A stretch of 59,435 nucleotides of DNA, the filler included, from Circinaria calcarea (Eukaryota): NCBI GenBank assembly GCA_051942165.1. It is 5 parts of 5 records of this genome, joined end to end, with 100 filler letters (N's around TTAATTAATTAA, not from the genome) between each part and the next. Parts side by side here need not be neighbours in the genome. Positions count along the whole stretch, not along the records: positions 11,913 to 23,724 come from JAVECS010000638.1; positions 23,825 to 35,630 come from JAVECS010000639.1; 3 more parts are not named here. One strand, given 5' to 3'. The translations under genes and the position numbers were made by a program. Of this stretch, positions 12,060-23,972 are shown piece by piece. The first letter of the stretch is position 1. Every line of letters begins with the position of its first letter. The notes under the pieces were generated by a model that was not told the origin of the DNA, did not search any database, and worked only from the letters and a program-made list of their open reading frames with translations.

Positions 12060-14652
12060 AGTAGAGCCACTAGTGCTATCTGCAGAGCGGTACAGACAGT
12101 TTGCGAGAAGGCAGGATCATGTATTTGACTTGTGGCTGCCGGCTCTAGCAATGCCTCCTCAATAGTCCAGTCAGGTTTTCGCTGTAGTCGGCTGAGTACG
12201 TTATCCAAATATCTAATTGCCTGTCTGAAAACAGCGTATTCCTGCAGCAGTTTATGGCCCACTATAGAATAGACGAGTCAGCAATAAAGCTCTGCAGGGG
12301 CCATCCTGTACCCAGGTCTTGAATTTTCAGGAGGTCACTTGCGTTCACGAATAGTAATCTTCGTGAGACTTTTCAAGATTGGTAAGCTGACCCAAATCTT
12401 CCTACGGAAGGGGAAGAAAAAGCTTAGACAAGACTACCAGGATAGTTTGGACTCACTTTGTGGCCATTGAGCTCCTTGTCCTGTAAAGACAAAACCAATG
12501 CGTCTCGCAGCAGAGCTGGGGGCCTTTCCGAAGGTTACCTTTTTGGAATCAAGTCCGTCGACCAACACTCTAGACTCAGCGACGGCGAAGGCTCGGCGGG
12601 AGAAAGTCGATCTTCGACGAGAAAGGGTGTAGAGCAAGTCAGCGAGGTCAAAGTTGCTGAGTGAGGCGGAGATCTCGGAAACGGTTAACTTCAAGGCTCG
12701 TTCATCATGCGCAGACATTGGCAGCAAGACGAATGGTCGAACTCCTGCTTGTTCCACCTGAGATATCTTGGCTGTGGTGCACCAGCTGACATATGGAAGA
12801 TGGTTATTGCCATCCTGATACCCAATTTTACAGCCACTAGTGTGACCGTTGGTGTGGCCGTCAATGTAACCATTAGTATAGCCATTCTTATGGCTGTTGA
12901 TGAAGCCATTGGTACTTGGTAACCCCCTTGGGATCGAATTCTTATATGAGAAAGGAAAGCCGCGTAGTTGATACCCTGGAATGACCACACTCGGATGGTC
13001 CAAGATGCAATGTGCATTGGCTCCGCCATATCCAAAACTATCCAATCAATTAATATTCGAGGTTAACGCTTCCATTGATTTTAAGCCCGCTCCTAGCCAG
13101 AAAAGACGAATAAAAAAAAGGGAAAGAAAAAGACAGATATGTCTCACCTGTTGATGCTGACACGTCGAAGCAGATGAGTAGGCCATGGTGTCATCTTGGT
13201 GACAACCTTAACTTTTGCGCTTTCGAAATCGATGGCAGGATTGAACTTTTCAATACCGATGGTAGCTGGAATCTCGCCATGCTCCATGGCTAGGATCGCC
13301 TTCATGATCTGGGACATAGCGCTCGCAGCTTCACTGTGTCCGAGGTTTGGCTTTATCTGTAAAGTGACTGGTCAATGAAAAGCATTATATAAGAGTCTCT
13401 CAGTATTCTAAGAAGTTTTTGGCGGAGGAAATAACGTACTGATCCAATTAGAAGAGGCCCCTTGGTACGTCCAGAAGAAAAGACTCTGCCCACAGCGGAA
13501 ACCTCGATCGGATCTCCAACCGCTGTACCTGTCCCGTGGCATTCAGCGTACCCAGTCAGATCCGGGTTCAGGTTGCCAGCATTCTGATATGCCTGCCTTA
13601 TCACAGCCTCCTGACCATCAGGGCTAGGATGAGAGATGCCGCCTGTTCTGCCGTTGGCGTTAAAGGCTGTACCACGTATGACAGCGCGGATCGGGTCTCT
13701 ATCCGTCATTGCGTCTGAAAGAGTCTTCAGATAGAAGGCACCGAAGCCTTCAGCCCTTGCATAGCCATCTGCTGCTACATCAAAGGTATGACAACGAGAT
13801 GTAGGGGAAACAGCCCCTAGTCTGGTTGTGAAGATCTGGTTATCTGGGCCTAGGATAACATTGGCACCGGCAACAATAGCACCAGAGCAATCCCCATTTC
13901 TGATGGACAACACAGCTAGGTGCAAGGCATACATTGATGCAGAGCAGGCCGTGTCAACCACCAAACTGAACCACCAGCGTTAGCACTTATATATATATAT
14001 ATTTCCATCTTTCACGTCTCAAGAGTCTATGAAGCTCGGTTTGCTCGAAAGCCAAAGGGCAGACTGACCTTGGTCCCTGAAGATTGAAGACATAGCTGAT
14101 GCGGTTGCTCAAAATAGTAGGACCACCTCCTGTTACAACATAGGGAAGAGTGTGTTCTGAATCTCGGTACTGCATCATCTGGTGCTCATTATTAAAATTC
14201 CCCACAAATACACCTATCTTGGTGCCAGTAAACCGCTCGAGAGGTACACCGGCACTCTCAACGGCTTCATATATAACCTCGAGCAATTTTCGCTGACTTG
14301 GGTCTAAAGCCATTGCCTCTGTAGCCGTAATGCCAAAGAAGGTCTGATCGAAATCCCGGGTATTTTCGTTGAGCAAAAAACCACCCCTTATATACATGCT
14401 CCCTGGGCGTTGGCCATTCGGATGATAAAAGCCGTGCACATTAATGCGATCCTCAGAAAATTCAGAGTAGCCATCATGTTCTTTTCTCAGCAGATCCCAT
14501 AATTGTGATGGATTACGAACTCCACCAGGCCACCGACAGCCTTTCAAAAGTTAGGAACTAGTGCCTGAGATGAATAAAAGGGGGTATAATAATGGATTTA
14601 TTTACCTATTCCGACGATCGCGATTGGCTCTGGAAATTGCGCCAGAGAAAGA
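12060..14652 (-). pseudogene. Inverted 5' part of an HR-PKS: KS domain, linker and N-terminal half of AT; no start codon
   Basis: Exons translate to FPEPIAIVGIG|CRWPGG, DTACSASMYALH, ECHGTGTAVGDPIE, KPNLGHSEAAS, SFGYGGANAH, FVFTGQGAQW and SQTVCTALQIALVALL, then run into the repeat. Confidence 0.9.
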
Positions 14653-14901
14653 TGATGAGATAGCTACGGTCACGTTGTGCTGTAGCATTTTGAGAGGTCA
14701 ATTTCTGGTATTGAACTATCGAAATACTATGGGTTTATAGTAGTATTTATGGTAGTCATGCCCCTGTAGCTTGCCCACTCCATGCGGAACAGCAAATATG
14801 TAAACAAAGGGTTCATTGAACCTCCGGGAACACTCTGCATGGAATGCGCGGGTGTGCAGAACTTCTGCATGGAAAACCATATGTTCCGCCACCTTCCAAC
14901 A
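14653..14901 (-). mobile_element. 249-bp solo-LTR-like element, probably Copia-type
   Basis: TG...CA termini; the minus strand begins TGTTGGAAGG, similar to Ty1/Copia LTR ends. It interrupts the AT coding sequence with a 5-bp TSD CTACT (14902-14906). Confidence 0.75.
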
Positions 14902-17900
14902 CTACTCAGACAGTGGGGGATATCCCCTGTTGCCGCAGTTGGACACTCCTCTGGTAAGACCCCTTTTCGCATTCTTGAGCTCTCATCAGATGTACCTTAG
15001 TAGTTCTGGAGGCTTAAAACTAACGGCACGTAGGAGAAATCGCAGCATCATATACTGCCGGTCGTCTGAAGGCGAGCGAGGCGATTGTTTTGGCATACTT
15101 CCGTGGTAAAGTGGTGACTACCAATCCAAAAAATGGTCTGATGATGGCCGTTGGCCTCGGGTCAGACGAAGCCCGATCGTATTTAGACGATCTCGAGGCT
15201 GAGGTTAAAATTGCGGCTATCAATTCCCCTGGCAGTGTCACCTTATCTGGCGAACCAAAAGCCATCGAAGCACTAAGCCAAAAGCTTGCTAGCCAAGGTA
15301 TTTTCGCCAGAGTGCTGAAGACTGGCGGCAACGCATATCATTCCCACCACATGCTGGTTCTTGGAAGGCCGTACGAGGATCAAGCCACCGAAGGTCTTAA
15401 CGATATTAAGGCTCTGACGGAGAATGAGCCGCCTGCCCCTTTGCTGAAATGGATCTCGTCAGTGACAACGCAGGAGGAACAAGGGTCACCTCTTCCTGAG
15501 TACTGGCGGCGAAACCTGGAGTCGCCGGTGCTCTTCTTTCCAGCTGTAGAAAGACTAGCGAGAGAAGAGCCGCTAGACCTTTTGATCGAAATCGGACCAC
15601 ATCCAGCGCTTAATGGTCCGTTGAAGCAGATTCGCTCAAGTCTAGAGAAAAGGGGCATAGTGCTCCCGCCTTGTCTAGCGTCTCTTCGCAGGGGCGAACA
15701 TGATGTGGTAAGCCTCTTGACTCTCGCAGGAAATTTATTTATCAGCAATGCTTCTATCGACTTGGTATCTGTCAACGCGACCGAGGACAAGACGGAAGCT
15801 GACAGCGCCATCTTGCTTCGTCACGGGTTCTCATGTGTCGACCTTTTCCAGTACCCGTACTCATATTCAGAAGTGCCGGTCTACTTCGAGAATCGGTTCA
15901 ACAAGGAATATCGTACCAGGAAATATCCCCGTCACGACTTGCTCGGAGCCAGAGTCCCTGCAGGTTCAAGGACACACCCACAATGGAGGAATGTGCTGCG
16001 CGTGAAGGACCTGCCTTGGCTCGACGACCACAAGCTACTTCCCTACGCTGTTCTCCCCGGAGCCGCATACATTACGATGGCTGTGGAAGCAGTCACTCAA
16101 CTGCACTATGACGACGCGGAGCTTGCAGGCGCCGTTGCGAAAATTAAGTCCTTCAAGCTTCGTCAGGTTGCTATCAACTCTGCGCTCCGTGTAGAGGACA
16201 CGGAGCTGGGCATCGAAACAGTCTTGAACATGGAAAAAATGGCCCTGACGAACGCCCCTCTCCTGTCGCAGTGGTACAGGTTCAGCATTGGCTCTATGGT
16301 ACCTAATAGTGATATTTGGACGGAGCACTGTACCGGCATGATATGCGTGATGACAATAGAAACCTCGATAGATGAGGATCAAAGACTAGAAGTGGATGCA
16401 CGTTCGAGGTCACTCGATATGACGCGCTGGCACGAAAAACTCGCTGCTACCGGTCTGGGATACGGCCCAGCCTTCCAAGGTCTGTCAAACTTGCAAGCCT
16501 ATCGGAGCACCAACACCGCCGCTGCCAATGTTGCTTTGAAACCCACTATCGACGTCGCAAATGAATCCACGTATCCCATCCACCCTGCAACGCTGGACAC
16601 GTGCATCCAGTTGGTTCTAATATCTTGTCATGCGGGTCAGGTCGAGAATTTGGAGAAGGCGGTCGTTCCAGTTTTCGCGGACAACATTTGCATATGGAAT
16701 CCAGAAGGTCACAATGCAAAGCAAGCCTGGGGAGTAGCAAGCGGAAGCCTAATGGGCCTCCGAAGCGTTTACGCGCGAGTGCAACTTTACAACCTGTCTT
16801 CCGAGGTTCCGCTCCTAGAAATAGGGGAGCTCAAGCTCGTGACTTACGATGGAGCACCACATACTGACGATTCTAAGATCGCACGAGAACCGTACTGGAG
16901 GCCCGTGGCGAGAATCGACTCGGACACTTTAACAGCACGCACCGCCGGAGCCTTATTCAACCCGAAACAAATATCAGCAGCAACTTTCGCGGCTCTCGAT
17001 ACATTATCTGCTCATGTCATTGCAAGTATCGAAGAAGAACTCCGGAAAGCAGGCACCATCCGGGATAAGACTCGTAATCATGACAAGTTTTCTGACTGGA
17101 TCAAGGCGTGGATGAGCTCATCTGAGCGTAAAGATGTTCTTAGTGTCGGCAGAAAGGCAGATAGATTCGCTATCATTGAGAAACTGGCTACGGAATTGCA
17201 TGACATTCCGGAAGCGACATGTCTGAAAACCCTACACGATAACATTGACAGGGTTCTTAGTGGAGATACGAACAGTGTCAAAATACTCATGGAGAGCAAT
17301 CTTCTAACAGAGCTTTCTACGTCTGGCATCTTCGTTAAAGGAGCTTAGTCGCAGCTTCAAGATCTAGTTGATCTGCTGGCTCATAAAAACCCCCGAATGC
17401 GTATCTTGGAGGTCGGCGTCGGATCGGCTGGTGCAACGGCTGCCGTTCTGGAAACCTTATCAGCCAAGTCCACATTCAAGAGATTCGCGGAATATGTGCT
17501 CACGGACTCCGCAGACTGGTGTCTCTCCAATGCGAAAGTGAGGTTTAGCGATTATGGTGGAGGATTGGTTTTCCAGACCTTGGATATTCTTAAAGATCCT
17601 GTCTCTCAGGGTTTTGAGGAGCATTCGTTCGATTTGATCATCGCCGCAGGATGTCTGATCGAGCTTGACGATCCTGCTAGTGGACTTGAGCACCTACACA
17701 CTTTGCTGAAACCTTCAGGATCGTTGGTCTTAGTAGAGATTACACGCTCAGCATTAACCCCGGAGATTCTTTGTCGCACTTTGACTGGAAAATGGTCTCA
17801 AGGGGAACTCTTTATGACGGCTGCGGAATGGAACGATGTTCTCAAAAGATGTGGATTTTCAGGTGTCATCGTGTCCCTCCAAGATGTAAGTACCTCTCCT

Positions 17901-20900
17901 TCCCCCGTGGCACCTACTGGTACCTGCGCTCCTTACTCGAATCCTGTGAGCTTCTCTGCTCTAGATTCCTCTTGGAACTTCAATGCTAATAGGAATGAAC
18001 TGAAAAGTATGCCGGTGATCAAGGCACATCAACAGTCATGCTCTCGAAAGCCCATGGACTCGAGGCTTCCGCACTTACAACACGGCGACCATTAGACGTC
18101 TATCTCGTCTTCCGAGATAATCACCCTCCTCTGCTTGTAGAAATCATTGCGGCGGTCCTAGCCAGGGATGGCCGGGACGGGATTCTCATTGATCTCTTTT
18201 CCAGCTATCAAATCCCCTCCAATGCTCTAGTCATTTCCCTGGTGGACCTTTGTGGTTCTACTATCACATGCCGAGATGAGACTTATCTTAAAGCAATGAA
18301 GACGCTGATTCCACAGGCTTTGGGGATGGTCTGGGTCGCCGCTGACCTCCACACACCGGCTGAGTCTTCTATCATGAAGGGTATGTTAAGATCCATCGCT
18401 GCCGAGAACGTACTCTCCAAATACTGCTTTGTTGAGATTGATTACAGCCACTACACCTCCCAAGCAAGAGCTGCGGAATTGATACTTGGCAAGCTGGACG
18501 AGTTGCATGTATCTTCGTCTTCAGGTGCCGCTGTTGAAGCTGAGACTGTACTTCGTGGAGGATTTTTCTATGTGGAACGTTTACTTCCTGAGGAAGGTCT
18601 CAACGAAGAATACCGCCGGCGGCACAGGCTTGAAAATGATGTTCAAGAATGTGCTGTGAGTGATCAGGGGCCTCTGAAGGCATGTTATGGTCAGCCTGGT
18701 CTGCTCTCGTCGTTGTACTTTAGCAACGACCCTGCTTTTAGCCAGACGTTGGATGACGACTGGATCGAAATAAAGACCCAAGCTATAGGACTTAATATGA
18801 AGGTAAATTCTTTTTCAATTCCCCCTAAGGAAGCAATCTAGTTGCTACGTCTCATCTATCTCCTTCCTCGAAGCAGCCACTAATAAGGTGATGAAAATTT
18901 CAGGACTTGGCAGTGGCTACGGCAAGATTTGATCTGAACAAGCTTAGTACGGAGGCAGCGGGTGTCGTAACTCGGATCGGTTCAGCCGTGACGTCCCTTA
19001 AAGCGGGCGACCGAGTCTTCGGCATGATCCCTGGAAATATGGGCAACTACCTCCGGTCATCCGCTTCGCTTGTTACCAAGATTCCAGACCAGCTCTCAGC
19101 CGAGGGCGCTGCATCCATGCCCGTGGCTTACCTCGCCTCGATCTACGCTCTCCGCCACTTGGCAAACCTAACCAAGTGTGAATCCGTCTTAATCCAATCC
19201 GCAACGGGTGGCTTGGGGATGGCAGCTATTCAGGTGGCTCAGCATCTAGGCGCGGAGATCTTCGCAACTGTAGGCAATGACGAGAAGCGTAAGATACTAG
19301 TTGAGGAGTTTAATATCCCTCTCAGCCACATTTTCAACTCGCGAAAGATGAGCGCTATCGACGAGATCATGAAGGTCACTCAACGAAAGGGTATTAATGT
19401 CATCCTCAGCAGCGCTGGAGGAGACTTAATGCATGAGATGTGGAGATGCATCGCGCCTTTGGGTCGCTTTATTGACGTCGGTAGGACAGATGTCCTTGGT
19501 GGCGGCAGACTTGGCCTTGAAGTCTTCAGAAAAAATGCCACATTCTCATCTTTTGATATGGGACTGGTCTACAGCCAGAAACCCTCCGTAATGGAAAAGT
19601 AGGTATTCCACCGACCTCCCCTTCCTGATACTACTCTGCAAGGAACTTCTCGCTAATTAAGACTTTAAGATTGATAACTGAGATGAACGAGCTTATAGAT
19701 CAGAGCGTCATTGGTCCCATCAAACATCTGACTTCTTTCGATATCTCTCAGCTAGAGTCTGCTTTGAGCTTTTTCTCCAAGGGCGTGCATACCGGAAAGC
19801 TTGTCATCACGTTTCAGGACCCCAATACGACCTTGAAGGTTTTACGACCAGTGGTTCGGGCTTCATTCGATCCAAATGCTGCATACCTGCTGGTCGGCTG
19901 CTTGGGCGGGCTTGGACGCAGCGTGGCCACCTGGATGGTCGAGCGAGGAGCTCGGCATGTCATTTTCTTCTCCCGATCTGGAACCCACAAACCTGAAGCT
20001 GCTTCTGTTGTGAGGGATCTGGCCGAAACAGGCGCAAAACCTCAAGTCGTTCGATGTGACGTCACCGATGAAAAGACTCTTGTGTTGGCTGTGGAGCAAA
20101 TCACTAGCCAACTACCTATAAAAGGAGTGATACACGCTGCCATGGTTGAGGGTGTAAGTTTGTCCGCGCTATTCTCAGCCCAAAGAAGAAGACTATCTAC
20201 AACCAAATGCTGTGTCTAAAATACTGACAGAGAATACAGGATTCTTTCTTCAACAATACTTCCTTGTCCCAGATCCGGAGTGTCCTCGCGCCTAAGGTTA
20301 CAGGTACCGTTAATCTCCATAAAGCCACGCAGCATCTCCAGCTAGACTTCTTCCTAATGACCTCCTCCATCGTTGGAACCGTAGGCACGCCAAGTCAGGG
20401 AGCGTATACGGCTGCGAATGCCTTCCAGGACGCTTTCGCCAGGTTCCGCCTTTCGCAGTCTCTGCCTGCTACAGCCGTTGGACTTGGACTGGTCCTTGAG
20501 GTTGGCTCGGTCAGCAATTCCACTGGATTCCAACAAATGCTCCAGCGCAATGCTATCGAGCCATGGTTCCGTCCTATCTAAACTCGACCCCAGCTGTCCT
20601 GCTCAAGTCGTGACTGGACTCGAACCCGCTCACTTCATTTCCTATCTGGAGACCGGCCGGGCGAATGATCTTGTCTGCTTCAAGAACACCAGGTTCCAGG
20701 CAGTCACGCAGGCGACTTCAGAGCGAGCTCGGGCGCGCAACTTGGTTGCCAACAACGCGTCTGGAGGGACCTCGTCGCTCGCCAACAGGTTGCAGGAGGC
20801 ATCGTCGCCGGAAGAAAAGCTAGCGATTGTGCGAGAGGCTATCAGTTCGCGGATCGGAGAGCTTATAAACCTTGCAGCGGAAGATATTGATGTTGAGAAG

Positions 20901-21062
20901 CCGATTTCACATTATGACGTGGATAGTCTTGTAGCTGGGGAGCTGAGAAACTCGCTGCTTAGGTTTTTTGGTGTAGAAGTATCGCTGCTCCAGTTGCTGA
21001 ATGAGAGCACAAAAATTGAGGATCTGGTGAAGAAGGCTGCTGGGTTAGATAGCAAGACCTAG
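14902..21062 (+). pseudogene. 3' part of the HR-PKS: AT C-half, DH, cMT, ER, KR, ACP; premature TAG at 17346-17348 and frameshift near 20555
   Basis: LLRQWGISPVAAVGHSSG|EIAA and AYHSHHM (AT); HKLLPYAVLPGAAY and HPATLD (DH); ILEVGVGSAG (MT); LIQSATGGLG (ER); YLLVGCLGGLG and GAYTAAN (KR); DSLVAGELR (ACP). Confidence 0.9.
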
Positions 21063-21788
21063 GTGGAATGATCTGCTCAGGGCGGGCAAAGACGGGCTTT
21101 AGAGTGATTCTTGATCATCACGAACAGCAAAATCAGCTTTGACTATCATATGAAAATCCTCCATGATCACGGTGTAGCTGAGCTTCAGCGAAAGATAATA
21201 GGATATGAAATGTCTAGCTATATACATAATTAAGTATATAAAGTACTTATGTGATAAGCATATAAAAAAGGCCACTAGCAGGCGTGCGGAACCTGAGCTG
21301 TACACGGAGCTACCCCAATCTATTATTTAATAATTATACAATTATTTAGCTACTCAGCTAGGTGCACGCGAGTCACTATGAATGGGATAAGCCTCTACGG
21401 TTTGTGGTGAATGTCACAGTTAATTGAGGTGTATAGCTTGAGCTCATGCCATAATCTCAATGCTGGCTTTTTGCCAAGAATTGGCTTGGTCGAAACGGTT
21501 GTCCGAGTGTCCTTATGTATAGCGACAGCATAATCAGGCATATGTAGGACATTGAGTTGAACTGGACAGTGGACCAATGATACTCCAGGTATATCATATT
21601 TTATTGCGATGAGTGATAAATCACCAAGCGTCAGCCAGATGGTATCGCAGTTTTATGATCACAGTAGAACCCAGATGGTAAACCGTTCTTATACTTCGAG
21701 GCGTACGCTACTAGATCTAAGAACACAATCAATCCATGTTACCACCCCCTTAACATATTAATACTATAGTGAATTATAGGATTAGTGT

Positions 21789-22009
21789 TGTAAGGGTCTC
21801 TACCAGAGAACCCCTACGAACCCTAGGGGTGAACTCTACACCGAGGTCACGAGGTGTTGGCTTAGCGAGAATGGTTTTCCTCGCGAAGCGTTACACCAGA
21901 ATTCTTTAGCAATAATTCATACGTTATGCGAACCAATTGAGCACATTATCACACAATTTACCGACCCTTATTCGTAAGATCATTATACCATTCGTAAAGG
22001 ATCCTTACA
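21789..22009. mobile_element. Possible solo LTR remnant, 221 bp
   Basis: Bounded by inverted termini TGTAAGG...CCTTACA in non-coding DNA. No TSD found. Confidence 0.45.
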
Positions 22010-22528
22010 CACCACCGAACCCATTCTCGACGTCGAATTCGCCTATAAAATTGAATAGAAGGTAAACAAAACGAAATGTTGGGGGCAGTGGAAAGACCTC
22101 TGGTCCGTTGTATTGCTAGGGAGGTGTACTGGCAGACTATATACAGCTGCCACTACGCTAGTCCACTTACGGCTCCGCCCCTACGGGTTCTACCCCTACG
22201 ACCTAGCCTCCTGTCAACTTATTATAAGATAATATGTTACGTTAGGGGGATTTATCCCATCAGCATAACGTGTGTATTCAGTAGTAAGAGAGATGAGATG
22301 CAGCCAGAATGGCTGTACGAAGCTAAATACATGGCCCATAGGGCTGCGCCGGGCCGACATGCCTCCGTGTATAGGGAAGCCCAGGGTTGATCCGCAACAT
22401 AACAGGTTATTTGACACGGAGGGTTTGTATTCAGGACCAATAATGGACTTGAGAAGGAAAGGCTACGGGATATGAAATAGAGTGATCGACTCGATATAGC
22501 GCTGGTGTTATTTCCCGAAACCTCCCAC

Positions 22529-23724
22529 TCAATACCCTGCACAGGCACCTGAAATTTCACAGGCTATTTTCTCAGCAAAAGCATCTAGAATAGCATTAGA
22601 AGAGATTCCAACACGGTTAAGAAGAGTACTTACAAATGGTAGCTTGAGGGTGACCAGGCGGCAAGATTGGGAAAGCTGCCGCATCCACAACTCTCAAGCT
22701 CTGCACGCCGATAACCCTTGACTGGTTATCCACAACGGCCTTACTATCGTCCGGGTGACCCATTGCACAGGTACAAGCGGCATGGTAGAGGGTGTTAAAA
22801 CTCTTTCGAATAATGCTTTCAATCTGTGCATCGGTTTGAATATGAAGACCGGGAAAGGCCTCTTCTCCAATAACGAACGGCTGCATCGCCTTTGATTGCC
22901 AGAAAGCGCGTACACGCTTGAATCCTGCGATTGCAACCTCTACGTCTGCGCGATCGGTCAGCCAGTTCGGGTTGATTATAGGCGGGACTGTAGTATCGGC
23001 GGATGCAATGGTCAGATTGCCACGTGACCGTGTTGCTACCAGCGAAACTGCAAGCGAAGCATAGTTGTACCCGTCATTCGGATCGCCTGTGGCCAAGTTC
23101 TCTTGATAGCCCAGATAGGCGCCCACGGCGAGGTACTCAAGCTCGGGCCAATCTGCAGGAAAGGTTGCAAGCGCGGCAAGTGTGCTGTTCGACAACGTTG
23201 AACGTAACGGTTGAGGGACTTTCTCCCACGCAAGTACGTCCGTGGTGGGGTTGGTGTACATTCCCGCCGCCCTCTCGTTGAAATCTTTAGCTGCTTGAGC
23301 GGCAAACGCAGCATTAGAGAAAGACGAAAATGTGGGGGCATTAACTCGGGAAGAAAGACCAAAATAAATATGATCCTCCATATTCTGGCCAACTCCGGGC
23401 CGGTCTGCAATAACAGGTATGCCATATTGTTGCAAAGTCCTAGCCGGGCCTACACCAGAAACCATCAACAATTGCGGCGACCCAAACACACCAGCTGACA
23501 AGATAACTTCTTTGGTTGCTGACAAGGTATATATTCTGCCTTGAGTGTCCACAATCACGCCGGTAGCCTTTTTATTCGCATCGAAGAGAATTTTCTTCGT
23601 CATGGTCGACTGGTAAACCATGTAGTTGGAATAAGCCAGCCCTCTGCGGAGAAATGACGTTTCCGAGGAGTCCCTCGTCATGGTTGTTGCGTTGATTGTG
23701 AACATGCTGTAAGACTGGCCCGAT
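22529..23724 (-). CDS. GMC oxidoreductase, C-terminal part; 5' end lost in the gap
   Basis: EVILSAGVFGSPQLLMVSGVG, VGQNMEDH, YHAACTCAMG, VVD..RVIGVQSLRVVDA and PGHPQATI|YAFAEKIA (last intron 22585-22633). Confidence 0.9.
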
Positions 23725-23824
23725 NNNNNNNNNNNNNNNNNNNNNNNNNNNNNNNNNNNNNNNNNNNNTTAATTAATTAANNNNNNNNNNNNNNNNNNNN
23801 NNNNNNNNNNNNNNNNNNNNNNNN
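23725..23824. other. Artificial contig spacer
   Basis: N-TTAATTAATTAA-N, 100 bp. Confidence 0.98.
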
Positions 23825-23972
23825 ATTTGGTTCCAATCCGTTACTTTTCGTGAGTCAGTCTTTTACTTACCACGCAATTGCCACTTTCTTTTCCATTAAT
23901 CCATTACTTCTCCTTCGTTCGCTGTTCTCCTTGAGATGCGCCGAACGAAGCTGAGTTATCTCAGCCATAGCC

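Noticed and set aside
11913..14901. Recombinase-driven phase-variation switch
   Set aside because: No recombinase is present, and flipping back would leave both insertions in coding exons, so no orientation gives an intact gene.
11972..21062. Two functional, divergently transcribed stand-alone KS and AT-DH-ER-KR genes (a naturally split PKS)
   Set aside because: The break is mid-AT at a TSD-flanked insertion, the KS half lacks a start codon, and the 3' half has a nonsense codon and a frameshift.
9304..23724. MpaB-like gene + PKS + GMC as one mycophenolate-like cluster
   Set aside because: A contig spacer and NSA2 separate them, and the PKS is highly reducing, unlike the non-reducing MpaC.
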